From assembly GCA_963801355.1 (NCBI GenBank), contig CAWDEM010000004.1:64001-128000 (forward strand): a DNA stretch of 64,000 nt. The letters are read 5' to 3'. Source of the DNA: Ignavibacteriota bacterium (GTDB taxonomy: Bacteria > Bacteroidota > Ignavibacteria > UBA10030 > UBA6906). Below the pieces are notes generated by a model. The model had not been told where the DNA came from. It searched no databases and was given only the letters and a program-made list of their open reading frames with translations. The translations under genes and the position numbers were made by a program. Below, one piece after another: positions 1 to 12,248 of the stretch (the stretch's first letter is position 1; every line of letters begins with the position of its first letter).

Positions 1-1048
1 ACTGCCGGACGCATTCACCGGGGTGATTCAGGATACCGCATCCACGGCTACCCTGGCCGCGATCCTCTCGGCGCGGGAACGGCATACCGGTTTCCTCATC
101 AATGAGCGCGGCTTCACGCCTGAAATGCGTTTCACGGTCTACTGCTCCACGGAAACGCACTCTTCTATTGAAAAGGCAGTCAAGATCGCCGGGTTGGGAA
201 AGGCGCATCTGCGCAAACTCCCTGTGGATGACAGCTACGCGCTCATGCCGCGCGCCCTCGAAGACGCCATCGACCGCGACCGCCGCCGGGGGTATACACC
301 CCTCTGCGTCATCGCCACAATCGGGACGACCGGTTCCACTGCAGTCGATCCGCTTCCGGCCATCGGCGCGATTTGCCGCAAGCACCGCCTCTGGCTGCAT
401 GTAGACGCCGCCTTCGCCGGTTCCGCACTGATTCTTCCTGAAATGCGATGGATGATGGACGGCATTGAATACGCCGATTCGTTTGTGTTCAATCCGCACA
501 AATGGCTTCTGACAAATTTCGACTGCACCGCGTTCTTTGTCAGGGATGTCGAATCCCTCGTGCGCACATTCGAAATCCTGCCCGAATATCTCAAGACTTC
601 CGAAAGTGAACGGGTGAACAACTACCGCGACTGGGGTATTCAGCTCGGCCGCCGGTTCCGGGCTCTGAAGCTCTGGTTCGTCATCCGCTCGTACGGCGTC
701 CAGGGCCTGCAGACCCGCCTAAGGGAACAGATTGCCATGGCGCATCGTCTCGCCGACACGATCGCACAGACACCCGATTTCGAACTCCTCGCACCCGTCC
801 CCGTCAGTCTTGTCTGCTTCCGCTACCATCCAGAGGGGGTCGACGGGGATGCGCAACTCGACAGTCTGAACACCATGCTGATGGAACAACTGAACCGGAG
901 CGGCGCGATGTACATCTCGCACACGAGACTCAAGGGGCACGTTGCCCTCCGCATGGCCATCGCACAGACATCCGTGCAGCAACACCACGTCGATGACGCC
1001 TGGACGCTGATTCTTCGCACAGCGCGGTCTCTGACGCCAACCACCTGA
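1..1048 (+). CDS. PLP-dependent group II (aromatic-L-amino-acid/DOPA-type) decarboxylase, 5' truncated by the window edge
   Basis: Frame is open from base 2 (LPDAFTGVIQDTAS). Motifs HSSIEKA, ATIGTTGSTAVD, WLHVDAAFAG, FNPHKW (PLP lysine) and LGRRFRALKLW. Confidence 0.9.
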   Translation, partial: LPDAFTGVIQDTASTATLAAILSARERHTGFLINERGFTPEMRFTVYCSTETHSSIEKAVKIAGLGKAHLRKLPVDDSYALMPRALEDAIDRDRRRGYTPLCVIATIGTTGSTAVDPLPAIGAICRKHRLWLHVDAAFAGSALILPEMRWMMDGIEYADSFVFNPHKWLLTNFDCTAFFVRDVESLVRTFEILPEYLKTSESERVNNYRDWGIQLGRRFRALKLWFVIRSYGVQGLQTRLREQIAMAHRLADTIAQTPDFELLAPVPVSLVCFRYHPEGVDGDAQLDSLNTMLMEQLNRSGAMYISHTRLKGHVALRMAIAQTSVQQHHVDDAWTLILRTARSLTPTT

Positions 1049-1061
1049 ATTCCGGGGACTC

Positions 1062-1619
1062 ATGATCCTCACCGATCAACGCATACTTGAGGAAATGGCG
1101 GCCGGCAGCATCGTCATTTCTCCTTTCGATCCGGCCTGCCTCGGATCGAACTCCTATGATGTCCACCTCGGAAAGACGCTTGCTGTGTACCGGGATGAAC
1201 TCCTGGATGCACGCGTCCACAATCAGGTGGACTATATGGAAATCCCCGACGATGGAGTCATTCTGCTGCCGCAGCGTTTCTATCTCGGTGTGACGCAGGA
1301 GTACACCGAAACGCACCGGCACGTGCCGTTTCTCGAGGGCAAGAGCAGTATCGGCCGCCTCGGCATTGACATTCATGCAACGGCGGGAAAAGGAGACGTC
1401 GGCTTCTGTAACACCTGGACACTGGAAATTTCTGTCAAGCAACCTGTGCGGGTGTACGCAGGGATGCCCATCGGACAGCTCATCTACTTCGAAATCTCCG
1501 GAACCATTGCCACACCGTATGCCCGGAAGGCTTCGGCAAAATATGCGCAACGCACCGATAAACCGGTCGAATCAATGATGTGGAAGAATTTCCCGCAGTC
1601 AGCGGAGGAATCAGACTAA
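1062..1619 (+). CDS. dcd: dCTP deaminase
   Basis: MILTD start, NSYDVHLG, EGKSSIGRLG, AGKGDVGF, TLEI and GMPIGQL motifs; 185 aa. Confidence 0.93.
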   Translation: MILTDQRILEEMAAGSIVISPFDPACLGSNSYDVHLGKTLAVYRDELLDARVHNQVDYMEIPDDGVILLPQRFYLGVTQEYTETHRHVPFLEGKSSIGRLGIDIHATAGKGDVGFCNTWTLEISVKQPVRVYAGMPIGQLIYFEISGTIATPYARKASAKYAQRTDKPVESMMWKNFPQSAEESD

Positions 1620-3809
1620 TGAGCCTTGTTCTTCGATTTGCGTGTGCGGATGTTCTCAGATCTGTGTGTTCTGAGATTCTCCAATCTGTGTATGCTGGTT
1701 TTTTGCGACCTGTGTGTGCCGGTCTTCTCCTGGGGGCGCTGCTTTGCGGACCCGGTGCCGCGCAAGACAGTCATCCGACGGCCCAGCCGACGACGCAGCC
1801 GATGACTCGCCCAACGACCCGGCCAATGACCCTGGATGACGTGCTGGCCATGAAACGCATCGCCTCACCGGCCCTTTCTCCGGACGGACGGCGGATAGTC
1901 TTCACGGTAACCACGCCGGATCGCGGACTCAACAAGAACCTCTCCGATCTCTGGGTCGTCTCCGTCGACGGCACCGGAATGCGCCAGCTCACCACACATG
2001 TGGCAGCGGACCGCAGCCCGGTCTGGTCGCCTGACGGCAAATGGATTGCGTTTGAGTCGTCGCGCTCCGGCGACAACCAGATCTGGCTGATCAGTCCGGA
2101 GGGCGGCGAACCGCAGCAGTTCACACATCTCTCCACGGGCGCTGCACAGGCGGTCTGGTCGCCGGATGCGTCGCTCATCGCATATGTGTCGGAAATCTTT
2201 CCTGAATACTCCGACAGACCGTTTCCCGAAAGCGACTCTCTCAACGCAACAGAAGCTGAAGGAACTCGCGGAAGGCCAGGTCAAAGCGCAACTGTTCACC
2301 CGCTTGCTCTACCGGCATTGGGACCACTGGGTACAGGAGAAGCGTCAACACATCTTTCTGCAGCCGGTGGCAGGAGGTCCTCCCCGCGATCTGACCCCCG
2401 GCGACCGGGACGCAGTCCCCTCTTCATCCACGTTTGCTGCAGGAAACGAGTTTGCGTTTTCTCCCGACGGGACCGAGTTGGCCTACACCGCGACACCACT
2501 GCCCGTGCGCGAGGAAGCCTGGAGCACCAATCACGACATTTACATCATTCCCGTTGCCGGTGGAACACCACGCCAGTTCACCACGAATCCCGCCGCTGAC
2601 GGCTGTCCGCGCTATTCTCCCGACGGACGATGGATCGCGTATAGGGCGCAGCAACGGCCCGGCTGTGAAGCGGACCGATGGCAGTTGATGCTTTTCGATC
2701 GCCGCACGGAGAGCACACGCAGCCTGACGGCCTCGTTCGACGCATCGGTGGGCGAGCTGCACTGGTCACCGGACAACAGCTCTCTTTTCTTCGAATCGGA
2801 CGAAAAGGGAACGACGCCGGTCTTCTCCGTTCCGCTCGCAGGGGGTGTACACAAAATCGTGGATGGACAGAACAATCATGATATTTCCGTTGCACCTGAC
2901 GGGTCGTTTCTGCTTTTTACACGTTCTCACTCCGCCCGCCCTGCCGAATTGTACAGCGCACGCACGGATGGTTCTCAACTCCGGCGCATCACGGGCATCA
3001 ACGATTCGATCTTTGCCGCCCTGGACGTGCCGTCACCGGAATCTGTCTGGTACCAAGGCGCAGGAGGGGCAAAGATCCAGGCATGGCTCTTCAAGCCGCC
3101 GCAGTTCGACGCGCGGAAGAAGTATCCCCTCATCGTCATGATACATGGAGGTCCCCAGGGTGCATGGGGCGGGTGGTCATACCGTTGGAATCCGCCATTG
3201 TGGGCCGCCCGGGGCTACGTGGTGATTGCCCCGAATCCGCGCGGCAGTACAGGATTTGGACAGCAGTTCACCGATGACATCCGCAACGACTGGGGCGGCA
3301 AAGTGTTCATCGATATTATGCGCGGTGTGGACTACGCGGCAGCACTGCCATATGTCGACAGCACCCGGATGGCGGCAGCCGGCGCATCATTCGGCGGTTA
3401 CATGGTGAACTACCTGCTCGGCAACGCCGGCGGCCGTTTCAAGGCTCTTGTCTCTCACGCGGGCATCTACAATCTCGAAAGCATGTATGGCGGCACTGAC
3501 GAAGTGTGGTTCGATGAGTGGGAACACGGCGGCATGCCCTGGGAAAATCCGGAGGAGTATCGACGTTACTCGCCGCACGTGTTTGCCAAAAACTTCAGAA
3601 CTCCTACACTCGTCATCCATGGTGCCAACGACTTCCGCATTCCCTTCACCGAAGCCATGCAACTCTTCACCGCGCTGCAACGACAGGGAGTGCCATCGGA
3701 GTTCCTGTACTTCCCCGACGAAACACACTGGGTGATGAAGCCGGCCAACAGCGTGCTCTGGCATGAAACGGTGTTTGGATGGTTGTCACGTTACCTTCAA
3801 AAGAATTAA
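1619..3809 (+). CDS. Secreted S9-family (prolyl oligopeptidase/dipeptidyl aminopeptidase) peptidase, split by an apparent +1 frameshift near 2250
   Basis: ORF 1580-2599 gives a signal peptide and WSPDG (PD40) propeller repeats. ORF 2166-3809 continues with IHGGPQ, NPRGSTGFG, GASFGG (catalytic Ser), HGANDFR and FPDETHW. ATG 1619 overlaps the dcd stop. Confidence 0.85.
1773..1835 (+). repeat. In-frame 12-bp tandem repeat (PTAQ-PTTQ-PMTR-PTTR-PMTL) after the signal peptide
   Basis: ccgacggcccag ccgacgacgcag ccgatgactcgc ccaacgacccgg ccaatgaccctg. Confidence 0.7.
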
Positions 3810-3904
3810 GGAGCAGTGCTGCGGCAGCGGGGTATATGATTCATCTCCTCAATGCTCATCCATCGGGCATTGCGGCGCGGCCGATGCAGGCCATTGGATC
3901 GTCT

Positions 3905-3933
3905 TTGACATCGTAAGGATCAAGAGCTATCAC
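3905..3933 (+). promoter_or_regulatory. Putative sigma70-type promoter of the esterase gene
   Basis: TTGACA-17 nt-TATCAC; perfect -35, weak -10. Confidence 0.4.
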
Positions 3934-3946
3934 TCAGGGACACGGC

Positions 3947-4603
3947 ATGCGAACAATCTCCTCGACGCTCTTCCACCGGGCGCTGCCGCCGGAACGGAGT
4001 ACAGACGGGCCTCCACCGCTTCTCATACTGCTGCACGGGCGCGGTGCTGACGAAGAGGATCTTCTGGGCCTCGCCCCGGTGTTCGACGAACGTTTCTTCC
4101 TGGTCAGCGTCCGGGCTCCGTTCCCCTACGAGTACGGCGGGTTCACCTGGTACGACATTACGTCCAGCGCAGTGCCGGACCCCATCCGCTTCCGTGAAAG
4201 CTGTGACCGCCTGCATCAGTTTGCTCTGGATGTGCGTGCAGGATATCCGGTGGACCCCCAACGCGTCTTTCTGTTTGGTTTCAGTATGGGATGCGTCATG
4301 TCGTTTGCCATGGCGCTCTCTGATCCGGAATTGGTCCGCGGTGTTTCCGCCAACAGCGGCTACGTTCCCGAAGGAACACATCTCACGTTCCGGTGGCAGG
4401 AACTTCAGTCTGTGGAGTTTTTTGTCACACACGGCATGTTTGATACCGTGCTTCCGATTTCATTTGCACGCCGCTCCCAGGAACTCCTCAAGGCGTCGAA
4501 TGCGAAATTCACCTACCGGGAGTATCCTGCGGGGCACGAATTGACCGAGGAGGGGCTGCGGGCAACATCCGAGTGGCTGAAGGGGTTGATTGGAGGGGAA
4601 TGA
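3947..4603 (+). CDS. Phospholipase/carboxylesterase (alpha/beta hydrolase)
   Basis: LLHGRGADE, GFSMG nucleophile elbow, HGMFDTVLP and YPAGHE. Confidence 0.88.
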   Translation: MRTISSTLFHRALPPERSTDGPPPLLILLHGRGADEEDLLGLAPVFDERFFLVSVRAPFPYEYGGFTWYDITSSAVPDPIRFRESCDRLHQFALDVRAGYPVDPQRVFLFGFSMGCVMSFAMALSDPELVRGVSANSGYVPEGTHLTFRWQELQSVEFFVTHGMFDTVLPISFARRSQELLKASNAKFTYREYPAGHELTEEGLRATSEWLKGLIGGE

Positions 4604-4611
4604 CGGAATTC

Positions 4612-4785
4612 ACTGTGAGATTGCGTCGGCCCTTCGGGCCTCGCAAGGGACGAGCGGGACGAAGCAATCTCAGACATTCTGGCTTCACTTGGAGATCGCT
4701 CCGTTGCCCCGCTCGTCGCAATGACAGATGACCGTAGACTGTGAGCTTGCGTCGGCCCTTCGGGCCTCGCAATGACAGACGACCG
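4612..4785. repeat. Cluster of REP/MITE-like palindromic elements between convergent genes
   Basis: 35-bp near-identical direct repeat ACTGTGAG(A/C)TTGCGTCGGCCCTTCGGGCCTCGCAA at 4612-4646 and 4738-4772. CGCAATGACAGA(T/C)GACCG occurs twice; internal GAAGCAATCTC...GAGATCGCT arms. Confidence 0.8.
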
Positions 4786-4806
4786 CACGCGCTACTTCGT
4801 AATGCC

Positions 4807-7065
4807 TCAGGTCCCTTCCTGAGCACTCCACACAGCCATCGCCGTCAGATTCACGATATCCGCCACCTCGTTACCGGGGATCAGCAGATACACGGGTTTC
4901 TTGATGCCCAGGAGGATCGGGCCGACCATTTCCGCACCGCCGAGTTGATTGAGAAGCTTGTACGCGATGTTGGCCGATTCGAGGTTCGGGCAGATCAGCA
5001 CGTTCGCCCCGGTTTTCAATGCACTGAAAGGATAGAGGGTCTTCAGGATATCCGTAGAGACCGCGGTGTCAGCCATCATTTCACCGTCTACCACGAGATC
5101 CGGTGCTCGGCCCTTGACGATTTCCGCGGCCCGCGCCATTTTTGTTGCTGACGGGTGCGACGTACTCCCGAAATTGCTGAACGAAAGCATCGCGATGCGG
5201 GGCTCGATACCGAAACCGCGTAACTTCTCCGCTGCCAGGATGGCGATATCCGCCAGCTGTTCCGCCGTCGGATCGAAATTGACGGTTGCGTCTGCAATGA
5301 ACAGCACTTCTTTCTTGAAGATCAGCATGTACATACCGGCAATCGTGGAGATACCCGGGCGGGCCTTGATGATCTGCAGCGCCGGCCGGATGGTGCCGGG
5401 ATAGTTTTGCGTCAGTCCTGCAACCAGACCGTCCGCATCTCCTTCGTTCACCATCATCATCCCGAAATTGATGGGGGACACCACGTTGGTGTGCGCGTCG
5501 GTGCGCGTGATGCCCTTGCGCTTGCGGAGTTCGAAATACTTGTCGGCATACAGATCGAGCTTCGGTGAACCCGTCGGCTCAATGATCTCCGCACCCTTGA
5601 GATCCAGATCGAGAGCCTTCACCCGCTCCTCGATCGTCGCCCGGTTGCCGAGAAGAATCGGTGTGGCAATCTCCTCGTCCAGTATGATCTGTGTCGCCCG
5701 CAGGATTGGGTCTTCATTCCCTTCGGGAAACACTATCCGTTTCGGCGCTTTCTGGGCTTTGTGAATGAACATCCGCATGATTTCCTTGGAGCGCCCGAAA
5801 CGGCTTTCCAGCTGATCGCGGTACGCATCAAGATCTGCAATCGGCTGGCGCGCCACCCCGGTCTCCATCGCGGCCTTGGCTACGGCCGGGGCTTCCCACA
5901 GCAGCACACGCGGGTCGAGGGGTTTCGGAATGATATAGTTCCTCCCGAACTTGATCTGCACGCCGCCGTACGCCTTGATCACCGAATCGGGAACGTCTTC
6001 CTTGGCGAGACTGGCCAGGGCATGCGAGGCCGCAAGTTTCATCTCGTCATTGATCGTGGACGCCATCACATCAAGGGCGCCGCGGAAGATAAACGGAAAA
6101 CCGAGCACATTGTTCACCTGGTTCGGATAATCCGAACGGCCCGTCGCTATGACGACATCCTTGCGTGCGTCAAGCGCGTCCTCCGGCGTGATCTCCGGGT
6201 CGGGATTGGCCATCGCGAAAATGATCGGATCCCGCGCCATGGTCTTGACCATCTCCTTGGTCAGCACACCCTTCACGGAAACCCCCGCAAAGACATCGGC
6301 ACCCTTTATGGCATCGGCGAGCGTTCGCGCCGTTGTCTCGATGGCAAAGTACTCCTTGTACGGATTCATGCCTTCCTTGCGTCCCTTGTACACCACACCC
6401 TTGGTGTCGCAAAGGATGAGGTTCTCGCGTTTCACGCCGAGCGTGACATAGAACTTCGCGCACGCGATACCTGCGGCACCGGCGCCGCTGAACACGACTT
6501 TCACCTGGTCGATCTTCTTCCCGACAATCTCCAGCGCGTTTACCAATCCCGCCCCTGAAATAATCGCCGTGCCATGCTGGTCATCATGGAAGACCGGAAT
6601 GTTCATGATCTTCTTCAGGGATTCTTCGATATGGAAGCACTCCGGCGCCTTGATGTCTTCCAGATTGATGCCGCCGAAGGTCGGCTCGAGAGCCTTGACA
6701 ATCCTGATTATTTCTTCGGGATCGTGCGTATTGAGTTCGATGTCAAACACATCCACATCGGCAAATCTCTTGAAGAGAACACCTTTCCCCTCCATGACGG
6801 GTTTGCCCGCCATGGCCCCGATATCACCAAGACCGAGCACCGCGGTGCCGTTACTGACCACCGCAACCAGATTTCCTTTCGCCGTATACTTGTATGCGTC
6901 AGCCGGATTGGCCTGTATCTCCAGGCAGGGTTCTGCAACGCCGGGAGTGTAGGCCAGTGCAAGATCTCTCTGTGTCGCACAGGGTTTTGTGGAAACAACC
7001 TCGATTTTGCCTCTGCGTCCCATGCTGTGATAGTCGAGTGCATCCTGCTTGCGGATCATCGCCAT
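4807..7065 (-). CDS. maeB: NADP-dependent malic enzyme (malic enzyme plus phosphotransacetylase-like domain)
   Basis: [39 protein letters not shown] and [13 protein letters not shown]; C-terminal KRIVFPEG...ANIAYKL PTA domain; 752 aa. Confidence 0.96.
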   Translation of the reverse strand: MAMIRKQDALDYHSMGRRGKIEVVSTKPCATQRDLALAYTPGVAEPCLEIQANPADAYKYTAKGNLVAVVSNGTAVLGLGDIGAMAGKPVMEGKGVLFKRFADVDVFDIELNTHDPEEIIRIVKALEPTFGGINLEDIKAPECFHIEESLKKIMNIPVFHDDQHGTAIISGAGLVNALEIVGKKIDQVKVVFSGAGAAGIACAKFYVTLGVKRENLILCDTKGVVYKGRKEGMNPYKEYFAIETTARTLADAIKGADVFAGVSVKGVLTKEMVKTMARDPIIFAMANPDPEITPEDALDARKDVVIATGRSDYPNQVNNVLGFPFIFRGALDVMASTINDEMKLAASHALASLAKEDVPDSVIKAYGGVQIKFGRNYIIPKPLDPRVLLWEAPAVAKAAMETGVARQPIADLDAYRDQLESRFGRSKEIMRMFIHKAQKAPKRIVFPEGNEDPILRATQIILDEEIATPILLGNRATIEERVKALDLDLKGAEIIEPTGSPKLDLYADKYFELRKRKGITRTDAHTNVVSPINFGMMMVNEGDADGLVAGLTQNYPGTIRPALQIIKARPGISTIAGMYMLIFKKEVLFIADATVNFDPTAEQLADIAILAAEKLRGFGIEPRIAMLSFSNFGSTSHPSATKMARAAEIVKGRAPDLVVDGEMMADTAVSTDILKTLYPFSALKTGANVLICPNLESANIAYKLLNQLGGAEMVGPILLGIKKPVYLLIPGNEVADIVNLTAMAVWSAQEGT

Positions 7066-7118
7066 GACCGGGACTCCTTGTCTGTAAGATGTGTTGATAC
7101 CGCAGATGAGTGGAAGGC

Positions 7119-7147
7119 AAGATACAACAAACCAATGTGCGGGTCAA
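7119..7147 (-). promoter_or_regulatory. Putative sigma70-type promoter of maeB
   Basis: Minus strand TTGACC-17 nt-TATCTT. Confidence 0.6.
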
Positions 7148-7220
7148 CATCAGATACCTTGATTTTCAGGCCCTCATTAGGTACTTTGGACAAACCACTG
7201 GGTACCTAACATCAGATGTT
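7146..7220. promoter_or_regulatory. Putative operator pair (GntR/FadR-like) in the maeB/plsC divergent region
   Basis: Palindrome AACATC-A-GATGTT at 7208-7220 and partial copy AACATCAGAT at 7146-7155. Confidence 0.5.
7159..7187 (+). promoter_or_regulatory. Putative sigma70-type promoter of the plsC-gatC-kdsB-pyrG operon
   Basis: TTGATT-17 nt-TACTTT. Confidence 0.55.
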
Positions 7221-7367
7221 GTGCTGTGACCTCCCATCGGACTTGCGGCGTTGTACCGGCCAATGTCCGGCCCCTGCTTCGCGTCCGTAGTGTCTCTATC
7301 CCCGGCTGTCGTGCGAAATTCTGTCCGGCGTGTACGCGTGTCGCCGTGTTCGCCCCATGGGTGCACC

Positions 7368-8075
7368 ATGCTGGGTAGCATTTTCCGGCTGGCGGGAGCA
7401 GTGGCGGTCACTGTGGTGATGGCTGTTGTGGCCATCGTGGCGCTGGTATTCGACCGGTCCGGCAAGAAGTATCACTGGGTTTCACGCACATGGTCCCGCA
7501 TTGCAGTGCGTGTGTGCGGCGTACGGATTAAGGTCCGCGGGACGGAGCACCTGCAGCACGGGCGCTCCTACATTTATGTCTGCAACCACGCCAGCATGAT
7601 TGACATCCCCGTGGTGTCGGCAGGCATCCCCGACGATCTCCGGATCGTGTATAAACGCGAACTGGAGAAGATTCCGGTGTTCGGCTGGGGGTTGCGGTGG
7701 AGCAACTATATCGGCATCGACCGCGGAAGCAGTTCCGAAGCACGGCGCAGTCTGGATGATGCCGTCGAGAAGATACGCAACGGTGCGTCTGTTCTGATGT
7801 TCGCAGAAGGAACCCGGACGTCCGACGGAAAGCTCCAGCCGTTCAAGCGGGGAGCATTCCACCTTGCGGCGCGCTCGGGCGTGCCCATCGTGCCACTGAC
7901 TATCAACGGCTCCTTCAGCATCGTGCCGAAGCACTCGCTCCGGCTCCGTCCCGGGACGGTGGAGCTGGTGCTGTCGCCGCCGGTTTCTGTCGACGCCGTA
8001 CAGGGAAAAGATGCCGAACTTGAACTGATGGAGAAGGTGCGTTCCGCCATCGCAGCCGAGTACCACGACCAGTAA
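7368..8075 (+). CDS. plsC: 1-acyl-sn-glycerol-3-phosphate acyltransferase
   Basis: NHASMID, FAEGTRT and FKRGAF motifs; start placed at ATG 7368, before the N-terminal TM helix. Confidence 0.9.
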   Translation: MLGSIFRLAGAVAVTVVMAVVAIVALVFDRSGKKYHWVSRTWSRIAVRVCGVRIKVRGTEHLQHGRSYIYVCNHASMIDIPVVSAGIPDDLRIVYKRELEKIPVFGWGLRWSNYIGIDRGSSSEARRSLDDAVEKIRNGASVLMFAEGTRTSDGKLQPFKRGAFHLAARSGVPIVPLTINGSFSIVPKHSLRLRPGTVELVLSPPVSVDAVQGKDAELELMEKVRSAIAAEYHDQ

Positions 8076-8085
8076 GGAATTGCCC

Positions 8086-8379
8086 GTGCCCGTCACCATC
8101 GCCGATGTAGAACATGTTGCCCATCTCGCCCGCCTCTCCTTCTCCGATGATGAGAAGGTCCGTCTGACCAAGGAGCTCAACAGCATTCTGGAGTACATGG
8201 ACCAGCTGAACACGCTCGATACAACCGGGGTGGAGCCGCTCGCGCATGTCATCCAGCTGCAGAACGTGTTCCGCGAGGACGTCCTGACACCGGGGGTCAC
8301 CAGGGAAGAAGCCCTGAAGAATGCGCCTGCACATTCGGAGGAATTTTTCAAAGTGCCCAAAGTCATCAGCGAACGATGA
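8086..8379 (+). CDS. gatC: Asp/Glu-tRNA amidotransferase subunit C
   Basis: VEHVAHLARL...LDTTGVEP...FRED...NAP...FFKVPKVI. Start is GTG 8086 or TTG 8080 after AAGGA. Confidence 0.93.
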   Translation: MPVTIADVEHVAHLARLSFSDDEKVRLTKELNSILEYMDQLNTLDTTGVEPLAHVIQLQNVFREDVLTPGVTREEALKNAPAHSEEFFKVPKVISER

Positions 8380-9136
8380 GCGCGCTCGCAACACGGACGG
8401 TCGCCATTATTCCAGCCCGCTACGGATCCACCCGGCTTCCCGGCAAACCGCTGTTGATGATCGCCGGAAAGCCGATGATCCAGCACGTCGTGGAACGTGC
8501 CGCCCGGGCAACGCTCGTCGAACGCGTGCTGGTGGCCACCGATGATGAACGCATCGTCGATGCGGTCAGGGCCTTCGGGGGTGAGGCGGTGATGACTTCA
8601 CCCGACTGCCGCTCCGGCACCGACAGGATCGCGGAGGCCGTCAGATCACTTCCCGACGCGGATATCGTGGTGAATGTCCAGGGAGACGAACCCCTCATCC
8701 CCCCCGGCATGATCGACGCCGCCATCACACCGCTCTGGAACGATCCGATGATCCTGGTCGGCACGCTTGTCCGCCGGATCGCCAGCAACGTGGAGTTGAA
8801 TGACCCCGCCGTGCCAAAGGTGGCGCTGGACCGGAGCGGACGCTGTCTGTTCTTCACGCGGTCACCCATTCCCTACGGCCGCGATATACCGCAGGACGCA
8901 TGGCTCGACCACCACACGTATTATCGTCACATCGGCATTTATGTCTTCCGTCGCTCGTTCCTTCTCCGGTATGCATCCCTGGAGCAAACGCCGTTGGAAC
9001 GCGCGGAGCAGCTGGAACAACTCCGCATACTTGAGCACGGTTACAGCATCCACGCCGCGGTGACGGGAGAGGAAAGCATGGCTGTCGACACGCCCGCGGA
9101 CCTCGAGCGCGTACGGCATATCATGGAAGCACTGAC

Positions 9137-9140
<4 letters not shown>
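8376..9140 (+). CDS. kdsB: 3-deoxy-manno-octulosonate cytidylyltransferase
   Basis: IIPARYGSTRLPGKPL, SGTDR, NVQGDEP, HIGIY, LEQLR and VDTPADL. Confidence 0.96.
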
Positions 9141-11409
<2,269 letters not shown>

Positions 11410-11418
11410 ACTTTGCCG

Positions 11419-12121
11419 ATGCCAACTATCTCTTGAATAGCAATTCTCGCCCGCCTCCGCTCACTCGCCAACCCCCGCAATGTTGCCGGCATGGCAAGGT
11501 ACGGGATCACCGGGGAGGGACGGCTGGGTATCTCTGCGCCGGAGCTCTATGCGATCGCGAAAGAGACCGGGAAGAAACCATCCACTCGCACAGGCGCTCT
11601 TTGCCACGCACATTCCCGAAGCAATGCAGGTCGCCGCGATGGTTGCGGACCCGGAACAGCTGACCGTGGAACTGGCCGATGAGTGGGCCGCGGCTTTCAA
11701 CTCGTGGGATATTTGCGATGGGGCATGTCAGAACCTCTTCGTCAAGAGTCCGCTGGCATGGACACTGGTCAAACGGTGGGCAGGCAGGGAAGAGGAGTTT
11801 GTGAAACGTGCCGCCTTCTCACTCATTGCCTATCTTGCCGTGCACGACAAAGCAGCCGGCGATCGCAAGTTCATCGCTGCGCTGAAATTGGTCCGTGGTG
11901 CCGCACAAGATGAACGCAACTACGTGAAAAAGGCAGTCAACTGGGCGCTGCGGGGGATCGGGAAACGGAACCTGACGCTGCACCGCGCCGCACTGGAGAC
12001 CGCTCGAAAGCTGCACGCATCCGCCTCGCGCAGTGCCCGCTGGATCGCTGCGGATGCAATCAGGGAACTGGAGAACCCACGGACCATTCGACGCATCAAA
12101 CCCTCCTCCACTCCCGCATAG
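11419..12121 (+). pseudogene. DNA alkylation repair (AlkD-like HEAT) protein with an in-frame TGA and a frameshift (pseudogene or sequencing errors)
   Basis: Frame from ATG 11419 reads MPTIS*IAILARLRSLANPRNVAGMARYGI, then shifts +1 at gggaagaaaccat (~11575) into NHPLAQAL...FNSWDICD...EEFVKRA...DERNYVKKAVNWALRGIGKRN. Confidence 0.75.
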
Positions 12122-12153
12122 ACCCCTTGTCCCGCATAGACCCCTTATCCCGC
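12113..12153 (+). repeat. 18-bp tandem duplication including the upstream stop codon
   Basis: cccgcatagaccccttgt cccgcatagaccccttat cccgc. Confidence 0.8.
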
Positions 12154-12189
12154 CCGGCGCCCGTGAATCCCGGTCGGGATACGTGTTTC

Positions 12190-12218
12190 TTTACATTCGT
12201 CCCAGGAAACAGTACATT
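12190..12218 (+). promoter_or_regulatory. Putative sigma70-type promoter of the DUF362 gene
   Basis: TTTACA-17 nt-TACATT. Confidence 0.5.
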
Positions 12219-12248
12219 TTTGTTGGTCATCACATCTATGGAACGGAC

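Noticed and set aside
4612-4785. 35-bp direct repeats as a CRISPR array, and ORFs 4509-4826 and 4513-4788
   Set aside because: There are only two copies, and the 91-bp interval is itself made of related palindromes. The ORFs are translations of the repeat.
11434-11436. In-frame TGA as selenocysteine or stop-codon recoding
   Set aside because: It lies at codon 6 in a non-catalytic region and I saw no SECIS-like hairpin. TGA is a normal stop throughout the window, and the same gene has another indel.
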